This document shows positions 37,240 to 47,861 of a stretch of DNA of 64,000 nt, one piece after another. The stretch's first letter is position 1. Each line of letters begins with the position of its first letter. Source of the DNA: Candidatus Zixiibacteriota bacterium. GTDB lineage: Bacteria; Zixibacteria; MSB-5A5; GN15; JAAZOE01. The notes under the pieces are model-generated. The model searched no databases. It saw only the letters and a program-made list of their open reading frames with translations, and was not told the DNA's origin. The position numbers and the translations under genes are program-made. The stretch covers positions 138,378 through 202,377 of the forward strand of contig JAGLON010000002.1 of NCBI GenBank assembly GCA_023138975.1, given 5' to 3'.

Positions 37240-38757
37240 ATGGGTCTCAATCCTGAAGAAGTCTCATCGGTTATACAAAAAGAAATCGCTAAGTATGAGA
37301 CCAAACTTGAGATGGAGTCTGTCGGAACCATTCTTCAGGTCGGCGATGGTATCGCGCGTGTCTGGGGTTTGGAAGACGTCATGATGTCCGAGTTGGTCAC
37401 ATTCCCGGGTGATGTAACCGGTATGGTGCTCAACCTTGAAGCAGACAATGTCGGTGTCGCTATTTTTGGAAGCGACCAGGGCATTAAAGAGGGTGACAGT
37501 GTCCGGCGAACCGGCAAAGTGGCTCAGGTTCCGGTTGGCGATGCGCTAATTGGTCGAGTCGTAAACTCTATCGGTGAACCAATTGATGGCAAGGGCCCCA
37601 TTGCTACTGACAAATACCGTTTGTTGGAAGGCGGAGCGCCGAACGTAGTCCAGCGTCAATCGGTCAAAGAGCCGATGATGACCGGGCTCAAGGCTGTTGA
37701 TGCAATGATTCCGATCGGACGAGGTCAGCGTGAGCTTATCATCGGTGACCGTCAGACCGGTAAAACAGCGGTTGCTATCGATGCTATCATCAATCAAAAA
37801 GGTACCGACGTATTTTGCATTTATGTCGCTATCGGTCAGAAAGCATCAAGTGTCGCGCGCGTAGTCGAAATTCTCGACCAGCACGGCGCTATGGAATACA
37901 CGACGGTAGTATCAGCGACGGCGAACGATCCTGCGCCTCTGCAGTATATCGCTCCCTATGCCGGATGCGCCATCGGTGAGGAATTCCTTTACACCGGCTG
38001 TCATGCGCTGGTGATTTATGATGATTTATCGAAACAGGCACAATCGTATCGTCAGTTGTCACTTTTGCTTCGCCGTCCTCCGGGTCGTGAAGCTTATCCC
38101 GGCGACATTTTCTATTGTCACTCACGCCTTTTAGAGCGTTCTGCCAAATTGTCCGATGAAATGGGCGGTGGTTCGTTAACGGCGTTACCGATAATCGAGA
38201 CACAAGCCGGTGACGTTTCTGCCTATATCCCGACTAACGTGATTTCAATCACTGATGGTCAGATTTATCTCGAACCGGATCTATTCTTCGCGGGTGTTCG
38301 CCCGGCGATTAACGTAGGTATCTCGGTCTCCCGTGTAGGCGGTAATGCACAGACAAAAGCGATGAAGAAAATCGCCGGTTCCCTCCGTTTGGATTTGGCC
38401 CAGTATCGTGAACTGGCCGCGTTCGCGCAGTTTGGTTCTGACCTCGATGCCGCCACCAAAAGGCAGCTTACTCGCGGTGAACGTATGGTTGAGATTCTCA
38501 AGCAGGGTCAGTACGTACCGATGACGCTGGCTCGCCAGATTGGTATTATCTGGATGGGTTCCAACGGATACCTTGATGATATCTCTATCGACGATCTAAC
38601 TAAATACGAAAAAGAAGTTCTTGATTTTATAGAGAAGGACTTCCCGGACATCATGCATAATATTGAAAAAGAGACTAAAATCTCCGACGAAACTGAGAAG
38701 AAACTGCATGACGCCGCGAAGAAATTTAATGAGCAGTTTAAACCTGTGAGCGAATAA
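37240..38757 (+). CDS. atpA: F0F1 ATP synthase subunit alpha
   Basis: Walker A GDRQTGKT; 505 aa; typical alpha sequence throughout. Confidence 0.95.
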   Translation: MGLNPEEVSSVIQKEIAKYETKLEMESVGTILQVGDGIARVWGLEDVMMSELVTFPGDVTGMVLNLEADNVGVAIFGSDQGIKEGDSVRRTGKVAQVPVGDALIGRVVNSIGEPIDGKGPIATDKYRLLEGGAPNVVQRQSVKEPMMTGLKAVDAMIPIGRGQRELIIGDRQTGKTAVAIDAIINQKGTDVFCIYVAIGQKASSVARVVEILDQHGAMEYTTVVSATANDPAPLQYIAPYAGCAIGEEFLYTGCHALVIYDDLSKQAQSYRQLSLLLRRPPGREAYPGDIFYCHSRLLERSAKLSDEMGGGSLTALPIIETQAGDVSAYIPTNVISITDGQIYLEPDLFFAGVRPAINVGISVSRVGGNAQTKAMKKIAGSLRLDLAQYRELAAFAQFGSDLDAATKRQLTRGERMVEILKQGQYVPMTLARQIGIIWMGSNGYLDDISIDDLTKYEKEVLDFIEKDFPDIMHNIEKETKISDETEKKLHDAAKKFNEQFKPVSE

Positions 38758-38760
38758 CCT

Positions 38761-39627
38761 ATGGCAACGCTTCGTGACATATTAAGAAGAATCAACTCGG
38801 TCAAATCGACCCGGCAGATTACGAAGGCGATGAAGATGGTTGCCGCTGCTCAGCTGCGTAAAGCACAGCTCCAGGCGGAACAGTCACGACCCTATGCTGA
38901 AAAAATGTCCGATATGCTCGGGCACCTTTCGGCCGTTGCGACTGACAAACTATCGCATCCCTATTTCGAGAAGCGTGAAGTTGAAAAGCAGACCCTCGTC
39001 GTGATGACCTCAGATAGAGGACTCTGCGGAGCGTTCAACTCCAACTTGATTCGCAATGCGGAACACTGGCTAAAAGAGCGCGACCCTGAAAAAGTCGAGC
39101 TGGTTTGTGTCGGACGCCGCGGTTACCAGTATTTCAAAAAGCGCGAATGGAAAATCGTTGAAGCGTATATTGAGTTTAACGCCGAAATGAAATTCGACAT
39201 GGTGCGCGGAATGGTCAATCAGTTGACCACCCGTTTTGTGACCGGACAAACCGACGAAATCTATCTTCTTTACGCCAAGTTTTTCACGACTGCGAAAAAT
39301 GTCCCGACCTTTGAGAAATATCTCAATATCGATAAACCGGAGTCTCACGGTGATGGGGAAACAGTTGGAGCATATATTTTTGAACCAACTCCCGATGACA
39401 TCTTCTCCGCGCTTTTGCCGAGATATGCTCTGATTCGTTTGCAGTCTGCTTTGGCAGATTCATTTGCGTCCGAGCATGCTACGAGAATGATGGCAATGAC
39501 ACTGGCGACCAACAATGCCGGTGAAATGATAGATAGCTTGACGCTTCAGTACAATAAAGCGCGTCAGGCCTCCATTACGACGGAGATTCTTGAGGTTGTT
39601 TCGGGTGCTGAGGCGCTCCGGGGTTAG
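38761..39627 (+). CDS. atpG: F0F1 ATP synthase subunit gamma
   Basis: N-terminal MATLRDILRRINSVKSTRQITKAMKMVAAAQLRKAQ and C-terminal ITTEILEVVSGAEAL. Confidence 0.95.
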   Translation: MATLRDILRRINSVKSTRQITKAMKMVAAAQLRKAQLQAEQSRPYAEKMSDMLGHLSAVATDKLSHPYFEKREVEKQTLVVMTSDRGLCGAFNSNLIRNAEHWLKERDPEKVELVCVGRRGYQYFKKREWKIVEAYIEFNAEMKFDMVRGMVNQLTTRFVTGQTDEIYLLYAKFFTTAKNVPTFEKYLNIDKPESHGDGETVGAYIFEPTPDDIFSALLPRYALIRLQSALADSFASEHATRMMAMTLATNNAGEMIDSLTLQYNKARQASITTEILEVVSGAEALRG

Positions 39628-39703
39628 TTTGATATAGATAGTTTGATATATAAATAGGCGCTAAGTTAGCGCCATTGATGTGACAAAAATATAGTTTATA
39701 TAG

Positions 39704-41127
<1,424 letters not shown>

Positions 41128-41128
<1 letters not shown>

Positions 41129-41526
41129 TGTATAGATTGTCGATTGTTACACCGGAAAAGGTCGTTTACGAAGAAGATGTGGCCTCCATTATCGCTCCCG
41201 GAACCGTCGGATATTTGGGGATACTGAGCAATCATGCCCCTATCATCACGTCGTTAAAACCGGGCGTTTTGAATATCAAGGATAACGCCGGTAGCGAAAT
41301 CAACTTCGCGATTTCCGGTGGTTTTTTAGAAAACTCGTCAAATATCTGCACCATTCTTGCTGATTCTGCTGAGTTTGCTAATGAAATCGACCTTGAGCGC
41401 GCCAGGGAATCACTTGCACGAGCCAAACAGCGTTTACAAAACGCCGCTGGTGAGATTGATACTGGTCGAGCAGAAGCCGCCTTTGAACGGGCAAAAAACC
41501 GGGTGACTCTCGCCAAGAAAGATTAA
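41128..41526 (+). CDS. atpC: F0F1 ATP synthase subunit epsilon
   Basis: 132 aa. Start overlaps the atpD stop. Typical IVTPEKVVYEEDV... N-terminus. Confidence 0.9.
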
Positions 41527-41558
41527 TTTCCTTTACTAGACCCCCCCTGTTTGATGAT

Positions 41559-41596
41559 ACGGCCGGACACCTGCATAGGTGCTCGGCCGTTTCTAG
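41559..41596 (+). terminator. Terminator of the atp operon
   Basis: Stem ACGGCCGGACACC / GGTGCTCGGCCGT (two central mismatches), followed by TTTCT. Confidence 0.6.
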
Positions 41597-41668
41597 TTTA
41601 AACCAATATCATCATTCCATATCCCCGTAGGTCAAGATCTACCCTGAAGGGTACAATAGCCTGCAGTC

Positions 41669-41696
41669 TTGACAAGACCTCTGCAAATTGTATATT
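41669..41696 (+). promoter_or_regulatory. Sigma70-like promoter candidate
   Basis: TTGACA (41669-41674), 16-nt spacer, TATATT (41691-41696). This is the same architecture as the atp promoter. Confidence 0.45.
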
Positions 41697-41817
41697 ACTT
41701 GAGAGAGCGCACGTTCTTGGAAGTGGGGATTGATAGAAACGAAATCATCTTATATAGAAATCATATATTATTGTTATCCGTTCATAGAGTATCAAATTAA
41801 TGAAACGAAAGTAAAAC

Positions 41818-42627
41818 ATGAAAAGAAAAACAGTAAATAGAAATATTCCTGAGAATAGAGAAAATGCGAATGATCGTTTTAGAGTTAAATATAAAGATAA
41901 ATCTACTTTTGAGTTATTAGAAGTAAATATAAAAAGACTTAAAACAAATGAATCAATAACAGTTACATTTAAATCTGAAGACTTGCCAGAAAAAGACTCT
42001 ATATATTTTTCTGCCTATGTTAATAACAAGGATGAATTGATTATTGAATGGAGAGGGTTCGAAGTTAAAAAGAATGACACTATTAATGACAAAAATATAA
42101 CATATTCAAAAGATATGGAAGAATCCATTGAAGAAAAATACTCAGAATCATTTTCTCCAATTGTTGGGGACAAGCCTTATGTATTAATTTTAGGAACAAT
42201 TCCAGGGAACGATTCAATCCGACTAAAACAATATTATGCAAACCCTAGAAATTTGTTTTGGGAAATAATTCATTCATTATTTAATAGACATATTGCTAAT
42301 GAATATGAGAAAAATACTGAGTTCTTAAAAACTAAGAACATTGCAATATGGGATGTTTGTTTAAAAGGTAAAAGAGAAAGTAGTTTGGACTCGGACATTT
42401 CAGATGAGTTCCCAAATGATTTACAAACATTTATCCATAATTATCCATCTATAAAATTAATAGCATTTAATGGGCAAAAAGCAGAAAAATTATACAATAA
42501 GTATTTTAAACCATTTAAGGATGTTGAATACTTTACGCTTTTGTCAACAAGCCCAGCAAATGCATCATATAGTTACAATGAAAAATTTGCAGATTGGAAA
42601 AGAATACTAGATTTTATAAATATGTAA
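41818..42627 (+). CDS. DNA-deoxyinosine (hypoxanthine) glycosylase-like UDG-superfamily protein with an N-terminal extension of about 115 aa of unknown function
   Basis: The C-terminal about 150 aa, PYVLILGTIPGNDSIRLKQYYANPRNLFWEII...IAIWDVC...RESSLDSDI...IAFNGQKA...LLSTSPANAS, matches the family-6 UDG pattern (LILGSxPgxxSxxxxqYYahPrNxFW ... LWDV ... gSlDs ... faFNGkkA ... lpSTSPA). The gene is visibly AT-richer than its neighbours. Confidence 0.65.
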   Translation: MKRKTVNRNIPENRENANDRFRVKYKDKSTFELLEVNIKRLKTNESITVTFKSEDLPEKDSIYFSAYVNNKDELIIEWRGFEVKKNDTINDKNITYSKDMEESIEEKYSESFSPIVGDKPYVLILGTIPGNDSIRLKQYYANPRNLFWEIIHSLFNRHIANEYEKNTEFLKTKNIAIWDVCLKGKRESSLDSDISDEFPNDLQTFIHNYPSIKLIAFNGQKAEKLYNKYFKPFKDVEYFTLLSTSPANASYSYNEKFADWKRILDFINM

Positions 42628-42920
42628 ATATGCAAAACAAGCAGACGGTATTAATTGGTGGCCAACGCATTGTAGGATTGTCAGGTCACACGTTCGGCTG
42701 AGGCGGTCCCAAGACTTGACAGAACAGACATTTTTATAATCTCCATGAAACTCAATTTGCATAACAATCAGCGCTTAAAATTCTAAAAAATTCAATTTTC
42801 TCGGGAAGAAAAAACTTCCTGCTCTGTATTCATATCAAAGGCCAGACATTCTTGAGTTTTACTTCCGTTTGAAAACCGGCCCAAAAGCCTCAATTGCCTA
42901 TCTTTATAAGGAGGGGTATT

Positions 42921-44552
42921 ATGAAAAAGTTACTAATTCTACTTATCGCCGCGCTAACACTGTTTGCTTGTGCCGGCCAAGAAACCAAAGAAACCAAAGA
43001 CGAAGGTGACGCCTGTATCAACCATGAAATATCAATGCCGGCTTCGGTGTCTTGTATAAGCCTTGAAAGAAAGACTGCTTGTCAGAGTTTTGGGTATGCC
43101 GATTATCAGGGTGGTTTCAATACCGAAGAATATAGCTACATAACAGAAAACGGTTTCTTGACCGTTACCGAAAACCCGCTTTCGACTTTTTCAATCGATG
43201 TCGATGCCGCCTCATATAGTAACGTTCGGAGATTTATCACCCAGAGTCAACAACCGCCGGTAGATGCTATCCGGATAGAAGAAATGATAAATTATTTTTC
43301 ATATGATTACCCTCAGCCAAAAGATCAGCATCCGTTTTCGGTCATTACCGAAGTCTCCGCTTGTCCCTGGAATAGTAAAAACCGTCTTATACATATTGGC
43401 CTCAAGGGTAAATCAATTGATAATGAAAACCTGCCTCCGAGCAATTTAGTCTTTTTACTGGATGTTTCCGGTTCGATGGGGCAGCCGAATAAACTGCCGC
43501 TGGTAAAAAAAGCCTTTAAGATGCTTGTAAATAATCTACGAGAAGAAGACCGCATCGCCATCGTCGTTTACGCCGGAGCCGCCGGTCTGGTTCTGCCTTC
43601 GACTTCCGGAGGAGATAAACAGGCTATCTTGGGCGCTCTCGAAAAACTGCACGCCGGAGGTTCTACGGCGGGAGGAGCCGGGATTCGACTGGCTTATGAA
43701 GTCGCGACGAATAACCTCATCACCGGTGGAAATAACCGGGTAATTCTGGCTACTGATGGTGATTTCAATGTTGGTATCTCAAGCACTTCTGAAATGGTTC
43801 GCATGATGGAAGAAAAACGCGAACTGGGTATTTCACTTACTGTACTCGGTTTCGGAATGGGAAATCTGAAAGACAGCCGGATGGAACAAATGGCCGATAA
43901 CGGCAACGGCAATTACTTTTATATCGACAATATTAACGAAGCCAAAAAAGTTTTTGTCAACGAAATGGGCTCGACCCTGTTTACTATCGCCAAAGATGTG
44001 AAAATTCAGATCGAGTTTAATCCGGCTCAGGTCGCGTCCTATCGCTTAATCGGCTACGAAAACCGACTTCTCGCCAAAGAAGATTTTAACGACGACAAGA
44101 AAGATGCCGGAGAGATTGGCGCCGGGCATACCGTAACTGCATTATACGAAGTCGTTCCGGTGGGCGGGGAGACTCCGACTTCCGGAGTTGATCCTCTCAA
44201 GTATCAGACGACCGGTATCACCGGTGAAGCAATTGCCTCAAGTGAATTGATGACTCTAAAACTTCGCTACAAACAGCCGGACGGCAACACGAGCAAACTA
44301 ATCTCGACTCCGGTCACGGATAATATGATGGCGCTCAACAATACTTCTGACAATTTCCGTTTCTCGGCAGCCGTTGCACAGTTCGGGATGCTGTTGCGCG
44401 GCTCCGAGTTTGCGGGATCGTCAACCTTTGAAGGTGTGCTGAATCTTGCTGACGATTCCAAAGGTAAAGATAAGCATGGCTACCGGGCTGAATTTATTGA
44501 TTTAGTCAAACGGTGCCGTGATATGGGATATGAAGTAGCGCAAAAGAGATAA
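42921..44552 (+). CDS. YfbK-like vWA-domain lipoprotein
   Basis: Lipobox LTLFAC after the ATG at 42921 (AAGGAGGGG RBS). NPLSTFSIDVDAASYSNVRRFI is typical of the YfbK N-domain. vWA MIDAS LLDVSGSM. C-terminal YfbK-type domain. Confidence 0.8.
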   Translation: MKKLLILLIAALTLFACAGQETKETKDEGDACINHEISMPASVSCISLERKTACQSFGYADYQGGFNTEEYSYITENGFLTVTENPLSTFSIDVDAASYSNVRRFITQSQQPPVDAIRIEEMINYFSYDYPQPKDQHPFSVITEVSACPWNSKNRLIHIGLKGKSIDNENLPPSNLVFLLDVSGSMGQPNKLPLVKKAFKMLVNNLREEDRIAIVVYAGAAGLVLPSTSGGDKQAILGALEKLHAGGSTAGGAGIRLAYEVATNNLITGGNNRVILATDGDFNVGISSTSEMVRMMEEKRELGISLTVLGFGMGNLKDSRMEQMADNGNGNYFYIDNINEAKKVFVNEMGSTLFTIAKDVKIQIEFNPAQVASYRLIGYENRLLAKEDFNDDKKDAGEIGAGHTVTALYEVVPVGGETPTSGVDPLKYQTTGITGEAIASSELMTLKLRYKQPDGNTSKLISTPVTDNMMALNNTSDNFRFSAAVAQFGMLLRGSEFAGSSTFEGVLNLADDSKGKDKHGYRAEFIDLVKRCRDMGYEVAQKR

Positions 44553-44647
44553 CTCTTAAGTGACGTTTACTCCACTGTTGTAAGAACGGTCAGGGGAGGG
44601 GGTGCACCCTCCTCTCGGCTGTTTTATATGATCTGATTATCACTCTT

Positions 44648-44748
44648 CCCACGGTAGTGCCGTGGGTTACCGGGAAAAAGAAAGAACTCGCACTACTCGG
44701 TACTCCAAGTTTTTACTAACACTCGGTATCCCATGGCTGTGCCATGGG
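44648..44748. repeat. Degenerate REP doublet (hairpins A' and B')
   Basis: CCCACGG-tagtg-CCGTGGG-TTAC at 44648-44670 and GTAT-CCCATGG-ctgtg-CCATGGG at 44726-44748. These are the same two hairpin types as the 92-bp repeat, but with a different spacer. Confidence 0.7.
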
Positions 44749-44772
44749 ACTGAAAAAATTAAATGAAAGAAT

Positions 44773-44864
44773 TGTTATTCCTCCCACGGCAGAGCCGTGG
44801 GCTACCAGGTGTGACTATGTATATAAAAAAACCTCCCTTCGGTATCCCATGGCTGTGCCATGGG
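44773..44864. repeat. 92-bp REP doublet (REPIN-like), copy 1
   Basis: Identical by eye over 92 bp to 45478-45569. It contains CCCACGG-cagag-CCGTGGG-CTAC (GTAG head on the minus strand) and GTAT-CCCATGG-ctgtg-CCATGGG (head on the plus strand), so the heads face each other. Confidence 0.9.
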
Positions 44865-44925
44865 GCTGAAATAATGGATGATAGAATGTGATAGACATAT
44901 ACAATATTCTGTATATTGTTTAAGT

Positions 44926-45459
44926 ATGAGAACTTTGAGGCATTATGACAATATTGGTACGGCAAGGTTTGTTACCATTACTTGCTATAAAAAGCTCAAA
45001 CTCTTTCAAGAACCTCAACTTTACGAACTGTTTTGTCATCACCTAGAATCATTCCGTTGCGATGTTAATATTTTATTGTTGACCTATGTTATTATGCCCA
45101 ACCATGTGCATCTTCTATTACTTCCTAATGAACAGATAGAGATTGGTCGAGAAATTGGAAAGCTAAAAGGAAGGTATGCGCATGAAGTAATTCAGAGATG
45201 GAAAGACAAAAACTCACCACTTTTAAAGCAAATTGAAATATGCAATAGAGGTAGCCAAGAATATGCTTTCTGGCTTCCTCGGTGCTATGATTACAACTGT
45301 AGAACGATCGATAAGACACTAGAAAAGATAAACTATTGCCACAATAATCCAATCAAGGCCGGATTGGTTGAAAATACCGAAGATTGGCCTTGGTCTAGTT
45401 ATAATTGGTATCAGGGTGACCATAGTGGAATTGTAACGATTGATGAATTTCCAATGTAG
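44926..45459 (+). CDS. REP-associated tyrosine transposase (RAYT; IS200/IS605 TnpA-like Y1 HUH enzyme)
   Basis: HUH motif in YVIMPNHVHLLLLP. Catalytic-Tyr region INYCHNNPIKAGLV. WPWSSY motif. Start placed at the ATG at 44926; the track ORF begins at 44878. Confidence 0.85.
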   Translation: MRTLRHYDNIGTARFVTITCYKKLKLFQEPQLYELFCHHLESFRCDVNILLLTYVIMPNHVHLLLLPNEQIEIGREIGKLKGRYAHEVIQRWKDKNSPLLKQIEICNRGSQEYAFWLPRCYDYNCRTIDKTLEKINYCHNNPIKAGLVENTEDWPWSSYNWYQGDHSGIVTIDEFPM

Positions 45460-45477
45460 TACAATCATTGAAAACAG

Positions 45478-45569
45478 TGTTATTCCTCCCACGGCAGAGC
45501 CGTGGGCTACCAGGTGTGACTATGTATATAAAAAAACCTCCCTTCGGTATCCCATGGCTGTGCCATGGG
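45478..45569. repeat. 92-bp REP doublet (REPIN-like), copy 2
   Basis: Identical to 44773-44864, in direct orientation. Confidence 0.9.
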
Positions 45570-45594
45570 ATTAAATGAAATCAACCATCTCATA

Positions 45595-45646
45595 CCCCGG
45601 CAGGCTTTATTCCTGCTCTGTGGGACGTCCGCATCTGCCGCATGAG
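45595..45646. repeat. Short interspersed repeat (family 2), forward copy
   Basis: About 80 percent identical, by manual alignment, to the reverse complement of 59101-59154. Shared blocks are CCCGGCAGG and GGGAYGTCCRCATCTGC. Confidence 0.6.
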
Positions 45647-45913
45647 CAATTTCACTACCAAACTACTACTAATCCCGAATAAGCCTTCTTAATAAACATT
45701 ATCTAAGAGGGATACTATTGAAAACAACACTATCAAAGAGGCAAAACTTATTTCAGGAACCTTTAAATAGTAACCGAAAAGTAAAAAACTCTAAAAATGA
45801 GCAAGTAAACCCAATTCGCCTTAACCTGATGTGTTATATGTGCTTGCGCCATATTTTGGAGAAATAGACATTAGAAAAAACATGTTAATATGGAAAACGA
45901 AGCCAATTTGAAA

Positions 45914-46003
45914 GTAGGGGCCGGGTCTCCCGGCCCGTGAGGAAATAATTGCCAACTACTTTCGGGCTGGGAGACCTCATGAGGCCTTTGGTCCAGCCCC
46001 TAC
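45914..46003. repeat. REPIN-like inverted REP pair of a second family (GTAG-GGGC...)
   Basis: GTAG + GGGCCGGG-tct-CCCGGCCC on the left. An imperfect hairpin ending GCCCCTAC on the right (GTAG head on the minus strand). Confidence 0.65.
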
Positions 46004-46126
46004 AGAAGATTTATTACCGACGGACATAGCAATCATTGGTAATGTCATTGGCTTGGGACTCTAAAACACGGTCATCTACGTGACAGTTTACAATACTCGA
46101 AGGGTGCAAGAAAGGGGTTCATCCCC

Positions 46127-47122
46127 CTACTCGATTTTTTCCCGTAGTTCGTTCAGTTCTTTCCGCATGGCCTTAAGCTCATCCCTGAGCTCTTTGATGT
46201 CGTCCTTATCGTTGTCTTCGTCCTTATCGATATCTATCACTTTTCGGATAACAATGTGATCATCGTCGTCATCATTAAAGAAGTGATACTGTAAATTCTT
46301 GTCCAAGTTCATGGGCATATGGCCAATATTAGGAACGGTAAAGGCGTTCATGCCAACTTCATCCTCGGTGACTTTAACTGTCCGGGAGTCTTTGGAGCCT
46401 TTTCGCAAGAACTCGATTTCTACTTCGTCACCGTCTTCTTTGTCAGAAATAATTTCGTACAAATCGGAGGTACTGGCAATTTCCTCACCATCAACGCCAA
46501 AAACAACGTCGCCGGCCTTGAGGCCGGCATCTTTGGCCGGTGAATCTTCAAAGACTTCGGTTATCAAAACTCCTTCACCATCTTTGACTCCGAAATACTG
46601 CCCGAGTTGGTCATTCAAATCCTGAATTCCAATTCCGATATAGCCTGATGTTCCGGCCGAATGTGTCCAGGTGCGGGTGTAGCCTTGAGGGCCGCCACTT
46701 TTCTTAACCCAAATTTGCTTCTCTTCCGCTCTCGGGTGGCCGCCGATGACAATTGTTGCATCCTTCTGTTTCCCCTCACGCACAAAGATAATCTTTACAT
46801 CATCACCGACTTTGGTGTCATTAACAAAGTCTTTTAGAGGAGTACTCCCGTCAACCTTTTCACCGTTAAATAAAATTATTATATCTTCACGCTGTAAACC
46901 GGCTTCATCGGCGGGGGAATCATCCATGATATCGACAATAATGATACCTTCATCGGCCTCAAGGTTAAAGGCCTCGATTATATCCTCGTCCAGCGGCTGA
47001 GCATAAACCCCGATATAGGGATTGTTGGACTTATTCTTCTTGGCTGCCAGATCTCCCGATACTGCAAACACCAGAGAGAAGAGCAGCAAAATCGTGAGGG
47101 GTATATAAGTTTTCATTTTCAT
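46127..47122 (-). CDS. Secreted tandem-PDZ-domain protein with an acidic/coiled C-terminal tail
   Basis: Signal peptide MKMKTYIPLTILLLFSLVFAVSG from the ATG at 47122 (GGAGG RBS). Two PDZ motifs (GIIIVDIMDDSPADEAGLQREDIIILFNGEKV; GVLITEVFEDSPAKDAGLKAGDVVFGVDGEEI). Confidence 0.75.
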   Translation of the reverse strand: MKMKTYIPLTILLLFSLVFAVSGDLAAKKNKSNNPYIGVYAQPLDEDIIEAFNLEADEGIIIVDIMDDSPADEAGLQREDIIILFNGEKVDGSTPLKDFVNDTKVGDDVKIIFVREGKQKDATIVIGGHPRAEEKQIWVKKSGGPQGYTRTWTHSAGTSGYIGIGIQDLNDQLGQYFGVKDGEGVLITEVFEDSPAKDAGLKAGDVVFGVDGEEIASTSDLYEIISDKEDGDEVEIEFLRKGSKDSRTVKVTEDEVGMNAFTVPNIGHMPMNLDKNLQYHFFNDDDDDHIVIRKVIDIDKDEDNDKDDIKELRDELKAMRKELNELREKIE

Positions 47123-47343
47123 GTTATTAAAATCCTCCAGGCGGTTTGCATTAGTCGGGAAATATTCCCCGCTCCGTCTCGTTCTACCTATAGCCAATAT
47201 AATCCGGTTCAAATTTTGGAACTATATATTTTACTCACAAAGGAGGAAAACGGATTGTTAAAAGATGTTAATTATGCGAAATCGATAACAGAAAAAATAA
47301 TCCGAGTGCTTTATCGCATAATTTGCGATAGGCGATTAATCGG

Positions 47344-47372
47344 TTGACAAAACTTGGAGTTCCGGTTATCTT
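47344..47372 (+). promoter_or_regulatory. Sigma70-like promoter candidate pointing into an ORF-poor region
   Basis: TTGACA (47344-47349), 17-nt spacer, TATCTT (47367-47372). Upstream palindromes TTATGCGA...TCGCATAA and TATCGCA-taatt-TGCGATA. Confidence 0.35.
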
Positions 47373-47540
47373 AATAAAGTAAGCTTTGGGAATGATGCAC
47401 CTCACGGTGTCATTCAGCCTCCTCAAAGCAGACACGCTTCTTGAGTTTTCAAAATTGCCGAAATAGATGCCCCCCACATGTTAGACCTATCAGCATTAGA
47501 ACGATTATTTCAGCCATATTTTATAATATTATCGCCTTAT

Positions 47541-47790
47541 TCTCTTGGCGAGGGGTGCGCGTAGTGCTCACGTTGGACAGGAGGGGTGTCCTGCGAAATG
47601 CGCGCGCTCCACTTAAAAATCATCTTCTGAGACCGGAAGCTAATTAGGGAGAACCGGCTCCGGAATTGGAAGACGTATTGTTCCTCAGGTAGCTAAAGGG
47701 ATGTTAGCCGAGGGGAACCCAAAACGGATTAATCTCTCGAGAGGGGGATGGAGCTTGCACGACGCAAACCATTATTATTGATAATACGTT
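47541..47790 (+). ncRNA. Candidate structured non-coding RNA of unknown class
   Basis: A GC-rich island between AT-rich flanks with no convincing ORF. Serial hairpins: 47552-47610 (10-bp GGGGTGCGCG/CGCGCGCTCC stem enclosing GGACA-ggagggg-TGTCC), 47629-47660 (GAGaCCGG/CCGGCTC), 47668-47684, 47692-47708 (GCTAA/TTAGC), and 47709-47739. Strand is inferred only from the upstream promoter. Confidence 0.3.
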
Positions 47791-47861
47791 GGCTGCGTAT
47801 TTGAATTTCGGGAGATTAATCCTTATCTGTTTTCTATCTTACTTCTTTTCTGTTAAGAAAT

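Larger units (their letters stand above)
44773..45569 (+). mobile_element. RAYT unit: REP doublet - RAYT gene - REP doublet
   Basis: A Y1 HUH transposase-like gene is bracketed by identical direct copies of a two-hairpin REP module. Confidence 0.75.

Noticed and set aside
46081-46126. A short box (CYTTCGAGTRTTRTAA) shared downstream of the terminators of the PDZ gene and crt (58897-58920).
   Set aside because: It matches at only about 13 of 15 nt. By a rough expectation estimate, matches of that quality arise by chance between two intergenic regions of about 0.5 kb, so I do not count it as a repeat family.
47541-47790. Assigning the structured tract to a known RNA class (tmRNA, RNase P, SRP, 6S, or TPP, cobalamin, SAM-I, c-di-GMP-I or ydaO riboswitches).
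   Set aside because: Only partial resemblances appear: GGGGTGC...CTGAGA (TPP-like), AGGGAGAACCGG (B12-like) and GGGGAACCCA/AGCTAA (ydaO-like). The obligatory partner motifs are missing: ACCC...CCTGATC, the GCCACTG box, the T-arm and CCA, and GAGGAAAGTCC. It is therefore left unclassified.
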